Shown here one piece after another: positions 45,256 through 56,276 of a stretch of DNA of 64,000 bases. A program made the translations under genes and the position numbers. The notes under the pieces are model-generated. The model saw nothing but the letters and a program-made list of their open reading frames with translations, had not been told where the DNA came from and did not search any database. This stretch comes from Puniceicoccaceae bacterium. Lineage in GTDB: Bacteria > Verrucomicrobiota > Verrucomicrobiia > Opitutales > Oceanipulchritudinaceae. The DNA is taken from the NCBI GenBank assembly GCA_040830765.1, contig JBFOMH010000005.1, forward strand, positions 192,001 to 256,000, read 5' to 3'. Each line of letters starts with the position of its first letter. Within the stretch, counting starts at the first letter, position 1.

Positions 45256-46458
45256 TCAGGGCTTCCACAGGCGGGCAAAACGCCGCGCCATCTCGACATG
45301 CAGGCGAATGCCCAGAGGAATAAGGTCATCATTGAAATCGAAGGCCGGGTGATGACAGGCCGGGACCGTCTCCACGTCCTCCGGGCAGGCCGGCAGGAAA
45401 TAGAAAAAGGAAGGCACCTGTTCCCCGAAGAAGGCAAAGTCCTCTCCGCCGAGAATGGGATTTACCTCAAGCAGCCGCTCCTGCTCACCGGTCTCCTCCA
45501 CGATGGCCATGAAAACCTTTTCGGCCTCTGGATGATTAATAAGCACCGGATACCCGACATCACAGCGAATTTTCACTTTCGCACCGTGTGCCTCAGCAAC
45601 CCGGTTGGCCACCTGGATGATACGGTCCCGCAGATCCTCAAGAATTCCCATGTCGAGGGCACGGAATGTTCCGTGCAAATAGGACTGCCCGGCAATGATG
45701 TTGTAGGCAGTTCCGGCATGGAAACGGGTAACGGATACCACCGCCGGTGTCCGCGGGTCCATCCCGCGGGAAACGATTCCCTGCAGCTGGTCAACGATAC
45801 AGGCACCGATGTAAAGCGGATCGACACAGTTCTCAGGAAAAGCGGCATGCCCTCCAACTCCAATAACCTCGATATCGAAAGTGCCCGTTCCGGCCATCAA
45901 TGCGCCCGAGTTGTAGGCGATGCGTCCGCTCTTGAGGTGCGGATCCGGCAAATTGTTGTGCAAACCGAATATGGCATCCACCTTGGGATCCTCGAGTACA
46001 CCTTCACGACACATTTTTGCCGCCCCGGCTCCTCCCTCCTCGGCCGGCTGGAAGATAAACTTAACCGGCCCTTTCAGCTCGTCCCTGAGACCGGCCAGGA
46101 CCTGGATGGCTCCCACCAGCATGGCAGTGTGTCCATCATGCCCGCAGGCATGCATCTTTCCCTGAGTCCGGGAAGTCCATTCCACTCCACTGGCTTCCTC
46201 GATCGGAAGCGCGTCCATATCAGCCCGCAAGGCGACGCAAGGGCCCTCCAATTGCTTCCCCAGGGTGACAGCCACTCCACTGCCGGCCAGGCCCGTCTTG
46301 ATATCCAGCCCCTCTATTCCAGAAATGGCCTCAACGACCTTGCCCGCTGTGCGGTATTCTTCATAGGCCAGCTCCGGATGCTGATGCAGATCGCGCCGCA
46401 AGGCGATGATATCCGGCAAAACGGCGTCTATGGATTCATTCAAGGACTGGTACTTCAT
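45256..46458 (-). CDS. M20D-family amidohydrolase
   Basis: LHQHPELAYEE, LRADMDALPI, MHACGHDGH, FQPAEEG, GEDFAF. Confidence 0.92.
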   Translation of the reverse strand: MKYQSLNESIDAVLPDIIALRRDLHQHPELAYEEYRTAGKVVEAISGIEGLDIKTGLAGSGVAVTLGKQLEGPCVALRADMDALPIEEASGVEWTSRTQGKMHACGHDGHTAMLVGAIQVLAGLRDELKGPVKFIFQPAEEGGAGAAKMCREGVLEDPKVDAIFGLHNNLPDPHLKSGRIAYNSGALMAGTGTFDIEVIGVGGHAAFPENCVDPLYIGACIVDQLQGIVSRGMDPRTPAVVSVTRFHAGTAYNIIAGQSYLHGTFRALDMGILEDLRDRIIQVANRVAEAHGAKVKIRCDVGYPVLINHPEAEKVFMAIVEETGEQERLLEVNPILGGEDFAFFGEQVPSFFYFLPACPEDVETVPACHHPAFDFNDDLIPLGIRLHVEMARRFARLWKP

Positions 46459-46548
46459 GATAAACGGACCTCTTTAGGTTTGCAGGTGGAGAAGATGACC
46501 CAATTTCGCCTTACCTGCAATCCATTCCACAAGTCCGCTCCGTTTTCC

Positions 46549-47223
46549 CTAGCGTTTACCGCCTACCGAGTCCAGGCGGCCGATTTGCCTCCCCCGGACA
46601 AAGCCGTTCTGGATAGCCCAGATAATCAGTTCCGGGGTGCTGCGCACACCCACCTTGGCCATCACGTTGCGGCGGTGACCCTGGACAGTGGCTACCGATA
46701 GTCCCAGGTCGGTCGCGATTTCTTCATTACTCAATCCCTGCCCGAACAGCTTGACCATTTGTTCTTCCCTCGGGGAAAGCGTCTTGTAGAAGGCCTCCGG
46801 TTCCCGGACCAGCTTCATGAAAGCCTCCTCGATGCTGTCCGAGTAGTAGGTTCGGGATTGCTCCAGCGCCCGGAAGGCCTTCTGCAACTCGACGCCGCTG
46901 GTCTCCTTCTTGTCCAGGACAGCCATCACGATGCTTCTCTTCAGCTTGATGACCGGGTAGTTACTGGCATGTGCCGTCAAGACCATGATCCGCGTGTTCG
47001 GACGGCGGGCCAGTTGCCAGTCGACATAGCGCAAGCCATCCCCGTCCGGAAGATCAAGGTCAAGGAGGACAAGATCCATCTCAACCGACTCGCTCAGGGC
47101 ATTGGCAGCCGCCAGGCTGTCTGCTTCTCCCACCACCTCAAGGCCCGCACCCTTAAGCCAGATGACCAGGAATTCGCGGAACATCTTCTCGTCCTCCACA
47201 ACCAGTACTTTTCGAATAACCAT
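46549..47223 (-). CDS. NarL/LuxR-family response regulator (no adjacent kinase)
   Basis: Receiver VVEDE..LLDLDLPDGDG; LuxR HTH LSPRE..GLSNEEIA. Confidence 0.9.
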   Translation of the reverse strand: MVIRKVLVVEDEKMFREFLVIWLKGAGLEVVGEADSLAAANALSESVEMDLVLLDLDLPDGDGLRYVDWQLARRPNTRIMVLTAHASNYPVIKLKRSIVMAVLDKKETSGVELQKAFRALEQSRTYYSDSIEEAFMKLVREPEAFYKTLSPREEQMVKLFGQGLSNEEIATDLGLSVATVQGHRRNVMAKVGVRSTPELIIWAIQNGFVRGRQIGRLDSVGGKR

Positions 47224-47305
47224 GATCCAGAAGGTCTGGCCAGTGGTGGGCTCCGGCAAGGGAGATAATTACCTGAATTCAGGTAGTTTGCGGGATTCTT
47301 TTGCT

Positions 47306-47337
47306 AAAAAAAAGGCCCTGCCGGATGGCAGGACCTT
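47306..47337 (-). terminator. Terminator of metK-ahcY
   Basis: A-tract followed by the AGGCCCTGCC-GGAT-GGCAGGACCT hairpin. Confidence 0.7.
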
Positions 47338-47365
47338 GCAAAGGTTTTGAAGAGATCCGGGAAGC

Positions 47366-48790
47366 TCAATAGCGGTAGTGATCGCTCTTGTAAGGACCTT
47401 CCACCTTCACCCCGATGTATTCTGCCTGCTCGGAGGTCAACTGGGTCAGGCGGGCCCCGATTTTCTCAAGGTGCAGCCGGGCCACCTCCTCATCCAGATG
47501 CTTGGGCAGGATATAGACGCCGGGGGTATACTGCTCGACATGCTCCCAAAGCTCAATCTGGGCCAGAACCTGGTTGGTGAAGCTGTTTGACATGACAAAG
47601 CTCGGATGCCCGGTGGCACACCCAAGATTAACGAGGCGACCCTCAGCCAGAAGGTAGATGGCGTGCCCGTCGGGGAAGGTGTACTTGTCAACCTGCGGCT
47701 TGATATTGGTCCGCTCGACCCCGTTGAGGTTTTTCATGTTGTCGACCTGGATCTCATTGTCGAAGTGGCCGATGTTACAGACAATGGCCTGATCGGCCAT
47801 CTTCTCCATGTGCTCGAGCTTGATGATATCCTTGTTGCCGGTCGTCGTGACATAGATGTTCCCCCAACCGAGAGTATCCTCGATAGTCAGGACCCGATAA
47901 CCTTCCATGGCTGCCTGGAGGGCGCAAATGGGATCGATTTCCGTCACCACTACCTGTGCCCCCATTCCCTTGAGCGCAGCGGCACAACCCTTGCCGACAT
48001 CACCGTAGCCGCAGACAACCGCAACCTTGCCCGAGATCATGACATCCGTGGCCCGCTTGATGCCATCGATAAGGCTTTCCCGGCAACCGTAAAGGTTGTC
48101 GAACTTGCTCTTGGTGACGGAATCATTGACGTTGATGGCCGGCACCAGGAGCGTTCCCTTTTTCTGCATTTCGTAGAGGCGGTGGACTCCGGTGGTCGTT
48201 TCCTCGGATACGCCCTTCCACTCCTTGACAACATCGTGCCAGCGGGTGGGCTCCTCCGACTTGACGTGCCGGAGCAAGTCCTTGATGACCTGCTCCTCTT
48301 CACTGCCGGATGGCGTGTCAATCCAGTCGCTGCCATCCTCCAGCTCATAACCCTTGTGAATCAGCAAGGTGGCGTCACCTCCATCATCGACGATGAGCTG
48401 CGGTCCCTTGCCATCCGGCCAGGTCAGGGCCTGGTAGGTGCACCACCAGTATTCTTCCAGGGATTCGCCCTTCCAGGCAAAGACCGGCACCCCGCTGGCC
48501 GCGATGGCGGCGGCGGCATGGTCCTGGGTCGAGAAGATGTTGCAGGAACACCAGCGGACGTCCGCCCCGAGGTCCCTGAGGGTCTCAATCAGAACCGCTG
48601 TCTGCACGGTCATGTGAAGCGAGCCCATGATGCGCACACCAGCCAGCGGCTTGCTGGCGGCATACTTTTCACGGGTAGCCATCAGGCCGGGCATTTCGTG
48701 CTCGGCGATTTCAATTTCCTTGCGACCGAAATCGGCGAGGCCGATGTCCGCAACTTTGTAATCCAATACTTCCTGTACGTCTGTACTCAT
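47366..48790 (-). CDS. ahcY: Adenosylhomocysteinase
   Basis: [39 protein letters not shown]-terminal YRY. Confidence 0.98.
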   Translation of the reverse strand: MSTDVQEVLDYKVADIGLADFGRKEIEIAEHEMPGLMATREKYAASKPLAGVRIMGSLHMTVQTAVLIETLRDLGADVRWCSCNIFSTQDHAAAAIAASGVPVFAWKGESLEEYWWCTYQALTWPDGKGPQLIVDDGGDATLLIHKGYELEDGSDWIDTPSGSEEEQVIKDLLRHVKSEEPTRWHDVVKEWKGVSEETTTGVHRLYEMQKKGTLLVPAINVNDSVTKSKFDNLYGCRESLIDGIKRATDVMISGKVAVVCGYGDVGKGCAAALKGMGAQVVVTEIDPICALQAAMEGYRVLTIEDTLGWGNIYVTTTGNKDIIKLEHMEKMADQAIVCNIGHFDNEIQVDNMKNLNGVERTNIKPQVDKYTFPDGHAIYLLAEGRLVNLGCATGHPSFVMSNSFTNQVLAQIELWEHVEQYTPGVYILPKHLDEEVARLHLEKIGARLTQLTSEQAEYIGVKVEGPYKSDHYRY

Positions 48791-48805
48791 TTTTAAATTC
48801 CTCAA

Positions 48806-49981
48806 TTAGCTGTTAATGGCGGCCTTCAACTCATCGACGCGATTGACCTGCTCCCATGGCATCTCCGGCTTGCCAAAGTGGCCATAATGGGTGCTGGCCT
48901 GGTAGATTGGTCGCAGGAGATCCAGCTGACCAATGATATCCGCCGGCTTGAAATTAAAGACCTTCTTGATGGCCTCGATGATATCAGCGTCGGGGAACTT
49001 GCCCGTATCGAAGGTCTCAATGTGGATGGATGTCGGGTGTGGATAGCCGATGGCGTAGGCCACCTGCAACTCGCAGATGTCTGCCAGACCGGCAGCGACA
49101 ACATTCTTCGCTACCCAGCGGCACATGTAGGCTGCCGAGCGGTCGACCTTGGAGGGATCCTTCCCCGAAAAGGCACCACCACCGTGGCGGCCCCAGCCGC
49201 CATAGGTATCAACAATGATTTTCCTGCCCGTCAGGCCGGCATCCCCTTCCGGACCACCGATGACAAACTTGCCCGTCGGGTTGATGAGATACTGAGTGCT
49301 GCCATTCAACAATTCGTGCGGCAGGACCTTGCGGACGACTTCTTCAATAATGTAGGCCTCGATCTCAGCATGGCTGACCGTGTCCTTGTGCTGGGTGGAC
49401 ACGACCACGTTGTCGATGTGGGTTATTTTGCCATCTTCGTAGGCAATACAGACCTGGCTTTTGGCGTCAGGGCGGAGCCAGTCAACTGCCTTGGCCTTGC
49501 GAAGGGATGCCAGTTTACGGAGGATGCGATGGGCGAACATGATCGCGGCCGGCATGTACTCCGGAGTCTCATTGCAAGCGTACCCGAACATGATCCCCTG
49601 GTCGCCAGCGCCCTGTTCGGCGGTTTCCTTGCCTTCGGCGGCCCGGGCATCAACCCCCTGGGCAATGTCCGCACTCTGGCGCGTAAGGTAATTATTTATG
49701 AAGACATCATCGGCGTGGAATACCGGATCGTCCTCCTTGTTCTCGTAGCCGATTTCCCGGATAGCCTCACGGATAACGGCATTGTAATCAAACTTCGCCT
49801 CGGTGGTAATTTCCCCGGCGACGGTCACCATGTTGCTTTTAACCAGCGTCTCACAGGCAACCCGGCTGGCCGGGTCCTGCTCGAGACAGGCGTCAAGAAT
49901 ACTGTCGGATATGTAATCCGCCACCTTATCAGGATGACCCTCGCCGACAGACTCAGAACTGAATTTCATTGTAATTCCCAT
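48806..49981 (-). CDS. metK: S-adenosylmethionine synthetase
   Basis: [33 protein letters not shown]. Confidence 0.98.
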   Translation of the reverse strand: MGITMKFSSESVGEGHPDKVADYISDSILDACLEQDPASRVACETLVKSNMVTVAGEITTEAKFDYNAVIREAIREIGYENKEDDPVFHADDVFINNYLTRQSADIAQGVDARAAEGKETAEQGAGDQGIMFGYACNETPEYMPAAIMFAHRILRKLASLRKAKAVDWLRPDAKSQVCIAYEDGKITHIDNVVVSTQHKDTVSHAEIEAYIIEEVVRKVLPHELLNGSTQYLINPTGKFVIGGPEGDAGLTGRKIIVDTYGGWGRHGGGAFSGKDPSKVDRSAAYMCRWVAKNVVAAGLADICELQVAYAIGYPHPTSIHIETFDTGKFPDADIIEAIKKVFNFKPADIIGQLDLLRPIYQASTHYGHFGKPEMPWEQVNRVDELKAAINS

Positions 49982-50026
49982 GCTGACAGTAATTTGAGCA
50001 TCCGGGCCCTCGGCGCAAGTCAAAAC

Positions 50027-50050
50027 ATCATCTTATCCTGATAACATGAT
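50027..50050. promoter_or_regulatory. Two overlapping ATCA-N8-TGAT-type palindromes upstream of metK-ahcY (SahR-like operator candidate)
   Basis: ATCA-tcttatcc-TGAT (50027-50042) and ATCC-tgataaca-TGAT (50035-50050). Confidence 0.5.
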
Positions 50051-50106
50051 GAATGGTTCGGATTTGCCTTGGGAGGCTTGAAATAAGTGGTTCGTGGATG
50101 TAATGA

Positions 50107-50583
50107 ATGAGCATGCCCAAAGAGCAATTGATAGTCTTTTACGACGGGAACTGCCCCTTCTGTGTCGGTTGGGTCAAGTTCCTGCTCGACCGGGACGGGC
50201 ATGACCGGTTGCGCTTTGCCTCCCTGGACAGTGCCTGGAGCGACCGGTTCTTCAAGGAGCAGAACCTGAAAAATCCCGGCAAGGAGAGCATCGTGGTCTG
50301 GGATGGGGAATTCATCCAGCAACGCAGTGCGGCGACGATGGCCATCGCGGAAGCACTCCCGGGCGTCTGGCAGTTAGGCCGGCACATGGACATCTTTCCC
50401 AAGGGCTTTAGAGACGGTACCTACGACTGGGTGGCCCAGAATCGATACAAGTGGTTCGGGAAATACGACACCTGTTGGGTCCCAAAAGCGCAAGATCGCC
50501 GGAAATTCCTCGATCTGGAAGCGAGCCCGGTCCAAGATCCGACCCATGGAAGTCAGGCAGTCGACGATCCGTCTCCGCAGTAA
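50107..50583 (+). CDS. DCC1-like thiol-disulfide oxidoreductase
   Basis: FYDGNCPFCVGWV, LRFASL, YDWVAQNRYKWFG. Confidence 0.88.
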   Translation: MSMPKEQLIVFYDGNCPFCVGWVKFLLDRDGHDRLRFASLDSAWSDRFFKEQNLKNPGKESIVVWDGEFIQQRSAATMAIAEALPGVWQLGRHMDIFPKGFRDGTYDWVAQNRYKWFGKYDTCWVPKAQDRRKFLDLEASPVQDPTHGSQAVDDPSPQ

Positions 50584-50910
50584 CGGCCAGGGGACCTACG
50601 AGGTTACCGGCGAGCTGGAGCGGATCCTGCGCGAATCAGGCTTGCGGGATGGCCTTCTGACCGTCTTTTGCCGCCACACCAGTTGCAGTCTGGTGATCAT
50701 GGAAAACGCGGATCCGAGTGCCCGCCGGGACTTGGAAGACTGGTTACAGCGTCTGGTACCGGAAGAGGATCCGCATTTTACCCATACCCTGGAAACATCC
50801 CTTTCACCGGAGGACGACTGAGTCTCGGAACCTGGCAGGGATGTTTCCTTTGGGAGCACCGGTCCCACCCTCACACCCGGGAGCTGCAGGTAACCCTGGT
50901 CGGACGGTAA
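50546..50910 (+). pseudogene. yjbQ: YjbQ (UPF0047) family gene with internal deletion and frameshift
   Basis: N-half (HTSCSLVIMENADP..HTLE) stops at 50821; C-half (IPF..LSLGTWQGCFLWEHR) is in the -1 frame to 50910; the usual GxDD..H segment is absent at the ~50794 junction. Confidence 0.75.
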
Positions 50911-51000
50911 TCCGCTCCCGGGACCAGCCCGGCATTGTTGCGGCAGCTGATCCCGATGCGCACTTGACTCCGTCTGGAGCATGGGCATTGCTAGCGGGCT

Positions 51001-52365
51001 ATGTTGGAAACCCTGACCAACCGCATCGGCAGCGCCCTCCGCAACCTGAGTGGCAAAGGTAAGCTGACCGAGGAGAACATGACCGAGAGCTTGCAGGAGG
51101 TCCGCAAGGCCCTTCTGGCGGCGGACGTCCATTTCCGGGTAGCCCGGGAGTTCGTTGAACGGGTCAAGCAGGAATGCCTCGGGCAGAAGGTCCTGGACTC
51201 GGTCACCCCGGGTCAGATGGTGGTCAAGATCATCCACGATGAACTGGTCAAGCTCCTCGGAGAAGGGACAACCCATCTCGAGGAAAAGAAACCGCTGCGG
51301 ATCCTTCTTCTGGGCTTGCAGGGTTCGGGTAAGACAACCTTTGCCGGCAAGCTGGCCTTGCACCTGCGCAAGCAGGGCTACACGCCCGCCCTCATTGCTT
51401 GTGATATCTACCGTCCGGCGGCCATAGACCAGCTGGAGACGATTGCCAAGGCCAATGACTTCCTGTTCTATGGCGAACGGGACAGCAAGGATGTTCCCCG
51501 GATTGGCCGCAACGGCTGGGACTGGGCCAAGCAACAGGGAGCGGACGCCATCATCTTTGACACTGCCGGCCGGCTGCAAATCGACGAACCGCTAGTCAAG
51601 GAAGTGGTCGACCTGAAGGCCGCTGTCCTCCCGGATGAAAGCCTCCTCGTAGCAGATGCGGCCCTAGGTCAGGAGGCAGTCAACGTGGCCAAGACTTTTA
51701 ATGAGGCGGTCCAATTAAGTGGTATTGCGCTGACCAAGCTGGACGGCGATACCCGTGGCGGGGCAGCGCTCTCCATGAAGGCCATCGCCCAGGTGCCGAT
51801 CAAGTTCATGGGCGTCGGGGAAAAGGTTACCGACCTGGAAATCTTCCATCCGGACCGATTAGCCGGGCGGATCCTCGGTATGGGAGACGTCGTATCCCTG
51901 GTCGAGAAGGCACAGGAAAACATCGATCAGGAAGATGCCCAGCGGATGGCGGAAAAGCTCCAGCGGGCGGAATTCAATTTCGAGGACTTCCTCAGCCAGA
52001 TGCAGGCGGTCAAGAAAATGGGTTCGCTTGGCGGGCTCATGAAGATGATGCCCGGCATGGGCAACATGGAGGTTGGCGAAAAAGAGGAAAAGAAACTCAA
52101 GCACACGGAAGCGCTCATCCAGTCCATGACCGTCCAGGAGCGCCGCAATCCGAATATCCTCAACGGCAGCCGGCGCAATCGCATTGCCCGCGGGGCCGGC
52201 CTACCGGTCAAGGACCTCAACGCACTCATCAAGCAATTCCAGCAGATGAAGAAAATGATGCGCATGATGAAGGGTCCCAAGGCCCGCAAGATGCTCAAGA
52301 AGATGAAGAATTCCGGCATGGACATGCCCGGCATGGAAGGCATGGGCGGCCTTCCGGGAATGTAA
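51001..52365 (+). CDS. ffh: Signal recognition particle protein
   Basis: [25 protein letters not shown], Met-rich M domain. Confidence 0.97.
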   Translation: MLETLTNRIGSALRNLSGKGKLTEENMTESLQEVRKALLAADVHFRVAREFVERVKQECLGQKVLDSVTPGQMVVKIIHDELVKLLGEGTTHLEEKKPLRILLLGLQGSGKTTFAGKLALHLRKQGYTPALIACDIYRPAAIDQLETIAKANDFLFYGERDSKDVPRIGRNGWDWAKQQGADAIIFDTAGRLQIDEPLVKEVVDLKAAVLPDESLLVADAALGQEAVNVAKTFNEAVQLSGIALTKLDGDTRGGAALSMKAIAQVPIKFMGVGEKVTDLEIFHPDRLAGRILGMGDVVSLVEKAQENIDQEDAQRMAEKLQRAEFNFEDFLSQMQAVKKMGSLGGLMKMMPGMGNMEVGEKEEKKLKHTEALIQSMTVQERRNPNILNGSRRNRIARGAGLPVKDLNALIKQFQQMKKMMRMMKGPKARKMLKKMKNSGMDMPGMEGMGGLPGM

Positions 52366-52377
52366 GGACTGTGCCTC

Positions 52378-53259
52378 GTGGATACAGTGGCCCTGAGCGA
52401 ACACATACGCAGCTACTCGACACCCATCGAGCCGTTGCCGACCGGTGCTATTTCCCGGCTTGGTAAGGCTGAAGGAATCCGGGCAGTTGTCTTCGATGTC
52501 TATGGCACTCTTTTCATCAGCGGTTCCGGAGACATCAGTCTGGCCCGCAATGAGGATCGCAGCCCCGCGATAGTCGCCTCCCTGGAGACAGCAGGCTTCC
52601 AGGTGACAGAATCCGCTGCGCCATGGTCGAAGGCCTTCCTGCACCAAATTGAAACGGCCCGGCAGGCTCGCAAGGAACAAGGCATTTCCTACCCCGAAGT
52701 CCGTATTGAAGAAGTCTGGCAGGCGCTGGTCGAAAAGGCCGCAAAGGATGGATGGATACGCGGCACGGGCAGTATCGAACTGGCCATCGTGGACCATGAA
52801 TGCCGGGTCAATCCCTGCTGGCCCATGCCCGGGCTGCAGGAAACACTCGAGGAACTGGGCCGTCGCAAGCTGGCATTGGGCATTGTTTCCAACGCCCAGT
52901 TCTACACCCCCCTGCTCTTTAAGGCACTGCTCAGTAAACCGCTTGAGGATTTTGGGTTAGAGGAAGCCCGCAGCGTCTGGTCCTACATTGAGCGGGAAGG
53001 CAAGCCATCCCGAAACCTGTATCGAAAACTTAAGGACAAATTGGCCACGGAAGGCATCGCCCCCCGTGAAACCCTCTACGTCGGCAACGACATTCGTAAC
53101 GATATCTGGCCCGCCGGCGACCTGGGCTTCCGCACCGTCCTTTTCGCCGGGGATGAGCGCTCGCTGCGCTGGCGCAAGGAGGATCCGGATTGTCAGAATG
53201 TAGAGCCGGAATTCATCATCACCGAACTGGACCAGCTGCTTCAGATTATCGCGCCATAA
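52378..53259 (+). CDS. HAD-family hydrolase
   Basis: FDVYGTL, VSNAQ, GKPS, YVGNDIRND. Confidence 0.88.
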   Translation: MDTVALSEHIRSYSTPIEPLPTGAISRLGKAEGIRAVVFDVYGTLFISGSGDISLARNEDRSPAIVASLETAGFQVTESAAPWSKAFLHQIETARQARKEQGISYPEVRIEEVWQALVEKAAKDGWIRGTGSIELAIVDHECRVNPCWPMPGLQETLEELGRRKLALGIVSNAQFYTPLLFKALLSKPLEDFGLEEARSVWSYIEREGKPSRNLYRKLKDKLATEGIAPRETLYVGNDIRNDIWPAGDLGFRTVLFAGDERSLRWRKEDPDCQNVEPEFIITELDQLLQIIAP

Positions 53260-53297
53260 AGGCGCTCACTACTGTAGCGAGCGGGTTTATCCCGCGA
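53249..53297. repeat. REP family A pair; the first copy supplies the HAD gene stop codon
   Basis: TCGCGCCATAAAGGCGCTCACTAC (53249-53272) and GTAGCGAGCGGGTTTATCCCGCGA (53274-53297). Confidence 0.88.
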
Positions 53298-53298
53298 T

Positions 53299-53327
53299 AA
53301 AAAATGCCCCGGTGGGACTGGGGCATT
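53299..53327 (-). terminator. Terminator of pckG
   Basis: A-tract followed by the ATGCCCCGGT-GGG-ACTGGGGCAT hairpin. Confidence 0.7.
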
Positions 53328-53356
53328 GTGCAAACCAATAAACAAACAAGAATCCG

Positions 53357-55225
53357 TTAGTATCTTGAAATCAGCAGGTCCCGTTGCCAGGCCATCTCCT
53401 TGGGCATGTGGTCCCAGAGCTTGAGGAACAATTCCTCGTGGCCGAGGGTCTGCACGAGCAGCGTTTCGCTGTCGATCTTCATCAGCTCGTCCCAGTCCTC
53501 ACGGGAGAAATCCAATCCATTCCAGTCAATGTCCTCATAACGGGGCATCCAGCCAAGGGCGGTCTCGCTGGCATGGGCGTCCCCATTGACCCGCTGGACG
53601 ATCCATTTGAGCACACGGGTGTTCTCTCCAAATCCCGGCCAGAGCCACTTGCCGTCGGCGGTCTTGCGGAACCAGTTGACGTGGAAGATGCGGGGAATTT
53701 CGCTGATCGCCTTCCCCATCTTGAGCCAGTGGCGGAAGTAATCGCCCATGTGATAACCACAGAATGGCAACATGGCGAACGGGTCCCGGCGCATGGAACC
53801 AACCTTGCCCTCGGCAGCAGCCGTCTGCTCGGAACCAACGGTGGCTCCGAGATAGACCCCGTGCTGCCAGTTGAAGCTTTGGAAGACCAGCGGAATCGTG
53901 GTCATGCGGCGACCCCCGAAGATCATCGCCCCGACTTCGACACCGGCTGGGTTTTCCCACTCGGGGTCAATCACCGGACAGTTGCGGGCAGGGGCCGTAA
54001 AACGGCTATTCGGGTGGGATGAGAGAATTTCCTTACCATTCTCATCCGTCTGCCCGGGCGTCCAGTCGTTGCCCTTCCAGTCGATGAGATGGTCCGGAGT
54101 GTCCTCAGACATCCCTTCCCACCAGACATCACCGTCGTCGGTCAAGGCGACATTGGTAAAGATAGTATCCTGGCGACACGAATCGAGGGCCATGGGGTTG
54201 GTGACAGCACTGGTTCCCGGTGCCACCCCGAAGAACCCGGCCTCCGGGTTAATGGCCCGAAGCTTGCCTTCAGGGTCCGGCTTGATCCAGGCAATGTCAT
54301 CCCCGATGCAGGAGACTTCCCAGCCCTCATCCTTCAGTTCCTTGGGCGGGATCAGCATCGCGAAATTTGTCTTGCCGCAAGCGCTGGGGAAAGCAGCCGT
54401 GACGTAAGTCTTGCGGCCAGTCGGATCCTTCACCCCGAGGATGAGCATATGCTCGGCCATCCACCCCTCGTCACGGGCAATGGTGCTGGCAATCCGCAGG
54501 GCAAAGCACTTCTTTCCCAACAGGGCGTTGCCGCCATAACCGGAACCAATGGAAAGGATGGTCTTGTCTTCCGGGAAGTGGGCAATGTAGGTGTTGGCCG
54601 GGTCGCAGGGCCAGGGCACATCATCTTCCGGCTTGTGGATGGGGGCGCCCACCGAGTGGACGCAGCGCACGTAGTCCCGACTGTCGCCGAGGACCTCCCA
54701 GATCTGCTTGGAGACCCGGGTCATGATACGCATGTTGACCACAACATATGGCGAATCGGAGATTTCGATCCCGATCTTGGAAATGGGAGACCCAATGGGA
54801 CCCATGCTGAAAGGAATGACGTACATCGTCCGACCCTTCATACAACCCTTGGCCAGCTTGTTGATCTTGGCCTTCATCTCATCCGGTGCCATCCAGTTGT
54901 TGGTCGGCCCGGCATCGTCCTTGGAGACCGAACAGATAAAGGTCCGGCTCTCGACCCGGGCCACATCCTTCGGGTCCGAGCGGAAAAGATAACTGTTGGG
55001 ACGCTTTTCCTCGTTCAACTTGATGCAATGGTTGCGGGCAACCATCATCTTGAACAGAGCATCCGCCTCCTCCTCGCTGCCATCGACCCAGTGGACGCGG
55101 TCCGGGGTCAGCAGCCGGGTGACTCTTTCCACCCAGTTCACGACATCTTGATTCGTGGTCAGGGGTTCTGCATTCAGGGGGTAGTCGCACATCGGGGCGA
55201 CAGTATTTACTGCGTTCTCACTCAT
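53357..55225 (-). CDS. pckG: Phosphoenolpyruvate carboxykinase (GTP)
   Basis: [46 protein letters not shown]. Confidence 0.97.
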   Translation of the reverse strand: MSENAVNTVAPMCDYPLNAEPLTTNQDVVNWVERVTRLLTPDRVHWVDGSEEEADALFKMMVARNHCIKLNEEKRPNSYLFRSDPKDVARVESRTFICSVSKDDAGPTNNWMAPDEMKAKINKLAKGCMKGRTMYVIPFSMGPIGSPISKIGIEISDSPYVVVNMRIMTRVSKQIWEVLGDSRDYVRCVHSVGAPIHKPEDDVPWPCDPANTYIAHFPEDKTILSIGSGYGGNALLGKKCFALRIASTIARDEGWMAEHMLILGVKDPTGRKTYVTAAFPSACGKTNFAMLIPPKELKDEGWEVSCIGDDIAWIKPDPEGKLRAINPEAGFFGVAPGTSAVTNPMALDSCRQDTIFTNVALTDDGDVWWEGMSEDTPDHLIDWKGNDWTPGQTDENGKEILSSHPNSRFTAPARNCPVIDPEWENPAGVEVGAMIFGGRRMTTIPLVFQSFNWQHGVYLGATVGSEQTAAAEGKVGSMRRDPFAMLPFCGYHMGDYFRHWLKMGKAISEIPRIFHVNWFRKTADGKWLWPGFGENTRVLKWIVQRVNGDAHASETALGWMPRYEDIDWNGLDFSREDWDELMKIDSETLLVQTLGHEELFLKLWDHMPKEMAWQRDLLISRY

Positions 55226-55354
55226 GGTAATTCTGTCTTCGTATATAAGCTGTATTTTTCAAATTTGATTAATCTCATTGATTAAATGAGCTAATTCCGG
55301 AACAGCCTTTCGTTTAGATTTCCTAATCCTGAGTGTCAAGACCATTAGGGGATT

Positions 55355-55618
55355 TCATCCCCTATTTTTACTGCTCAAGGCATGGACCCGCATGATGCAA
55401 ATCACCAGGGATAGCCCCGGAGCCCAGATCAAGGCAAAAAACCCGCCGTCGTAGAGGCCATTACGGAGCATCTCGCCAGCCGACAGGTCCATACCGAGCA
55501 AAAATCCGACAACCGGAAACAGGATCGCCCCGGCAATTGCCCCGGCAAGGCAGATCAAGCCTACCAACCCGAACCAGAGGAGGCCCCAGACAAGTATCGA
55601 CTTGATTCTCCTTGGCAT
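55355..55618 (-). CDS. Small membrane protein
   Basis: Two to three hydrophobic segments; start immediately follows the aroK stop. Confidence 0.5.
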   Translation of the reverse strand: MPRRIKSILVWGLLWFGLVGLICLAGAIAGAILFPVVGFLLGMDLSAGEMLRNGLYDGGFFALIWAPGLSLVICIMRVHALSSKNRG

Positions 55619-55619
55619 C

Positions 55620-56168
55620 CTAACGTTTGGATTGCCGGCCATCCCGATGATAGACCCGGGTGATGCTCTTTACGATATCCGGGATTGTCCGCCCTTCAGT
55701 AGAGATGCCGATCCCGGCCGCCATGTAAACCGGATCCCTTTCAGCCATCAGGGAACGGATGCGTCCCTCCGGATCATCGACATTGAGCAAGGGACGTTTT
55801 GGATTGCCAATTGTCCGCTTGAGAATCGTTTCCGGGCGGGCAAAGAGGCAGACAACGAGACCCTTCTCCTTCAGCAGTTCACTCATCCCCGGCTGGATCG
55901 GCAATCCGCCACCACAGGCCACAATTGTTCCCTCATCGGGGTGTCCGGACTCGATGAACTCCCTCTCCATGGACCGGAATGCTGTTTCGCCCTCATCGGC
56001 GAAAATCTCCGCGATGCTCCTGCCGGCCGTCTGCTCAATGGCCCAATCGGAGTCAATGAAGCTCATCCGCAAGGACCTTGCCAAGGCCCGGCCAACCGCA
56101 CTCTTCCCTACCCCCATGAAACCGATGAGGTAAATGTTGCGGCGCTTTGCCTTTCCTGAATCCTGCAT
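55620..56168 (-). CDS. aroK: Shikimate kinase
   Basis: LIGFMGVGKS, DSD, GETAFRSME, CGGG, RPLL. Confidence 0.93.
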   Translation of the reverse strand: MQDSGKAKRRNIYLIGFMGVGKSAVGRALARSLRMSFIDSDWAIEQTAGRSIAEIFADEGETAFRSMEREFIESGHPDEGTIVACGGGLPIQPGMSELLKEKGLVVCLFARPETILKRTIGNPKRPLLNVDDPEGRIRSLMAERDPVYMAAGIGISTEGRTIPDIVKSITRVYHRDGRQSKR

Positions 56169-56276
56169 GCCGCCATTTCTGGACAAGGCAGACCGTGCCT
56201 TCAACTCCAATTTGCCATCCGTATTAATTGCAGCCCCCGCTTGCCTAATCGGAACCGCCTGCCATATAAATAAGAT

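Noticed and set aside
44878..46701. 607-aa plus-strand ORF and other long antisense ORFs (e.g. 10306-11481, 24389-25759, 32615-33925, 47606-48796, 54089-55285)
   Set aside because: They are shadow frames opposite well-supported genes in GC-rich DNA and have no recognisable motifs
49982..50106. SAM or SAH riboswitch upstream of metK-ahcY
   Set aside because: The leader is short and no SAM-I/II or SAH consensus elements were recognised; a covariance search would be needed to exclude it fully
50911..51000. SRP RNA (ffs) next to ffh
   Set aside because: No domain IV CAGG..GGAA..AGCA hairpin was seen
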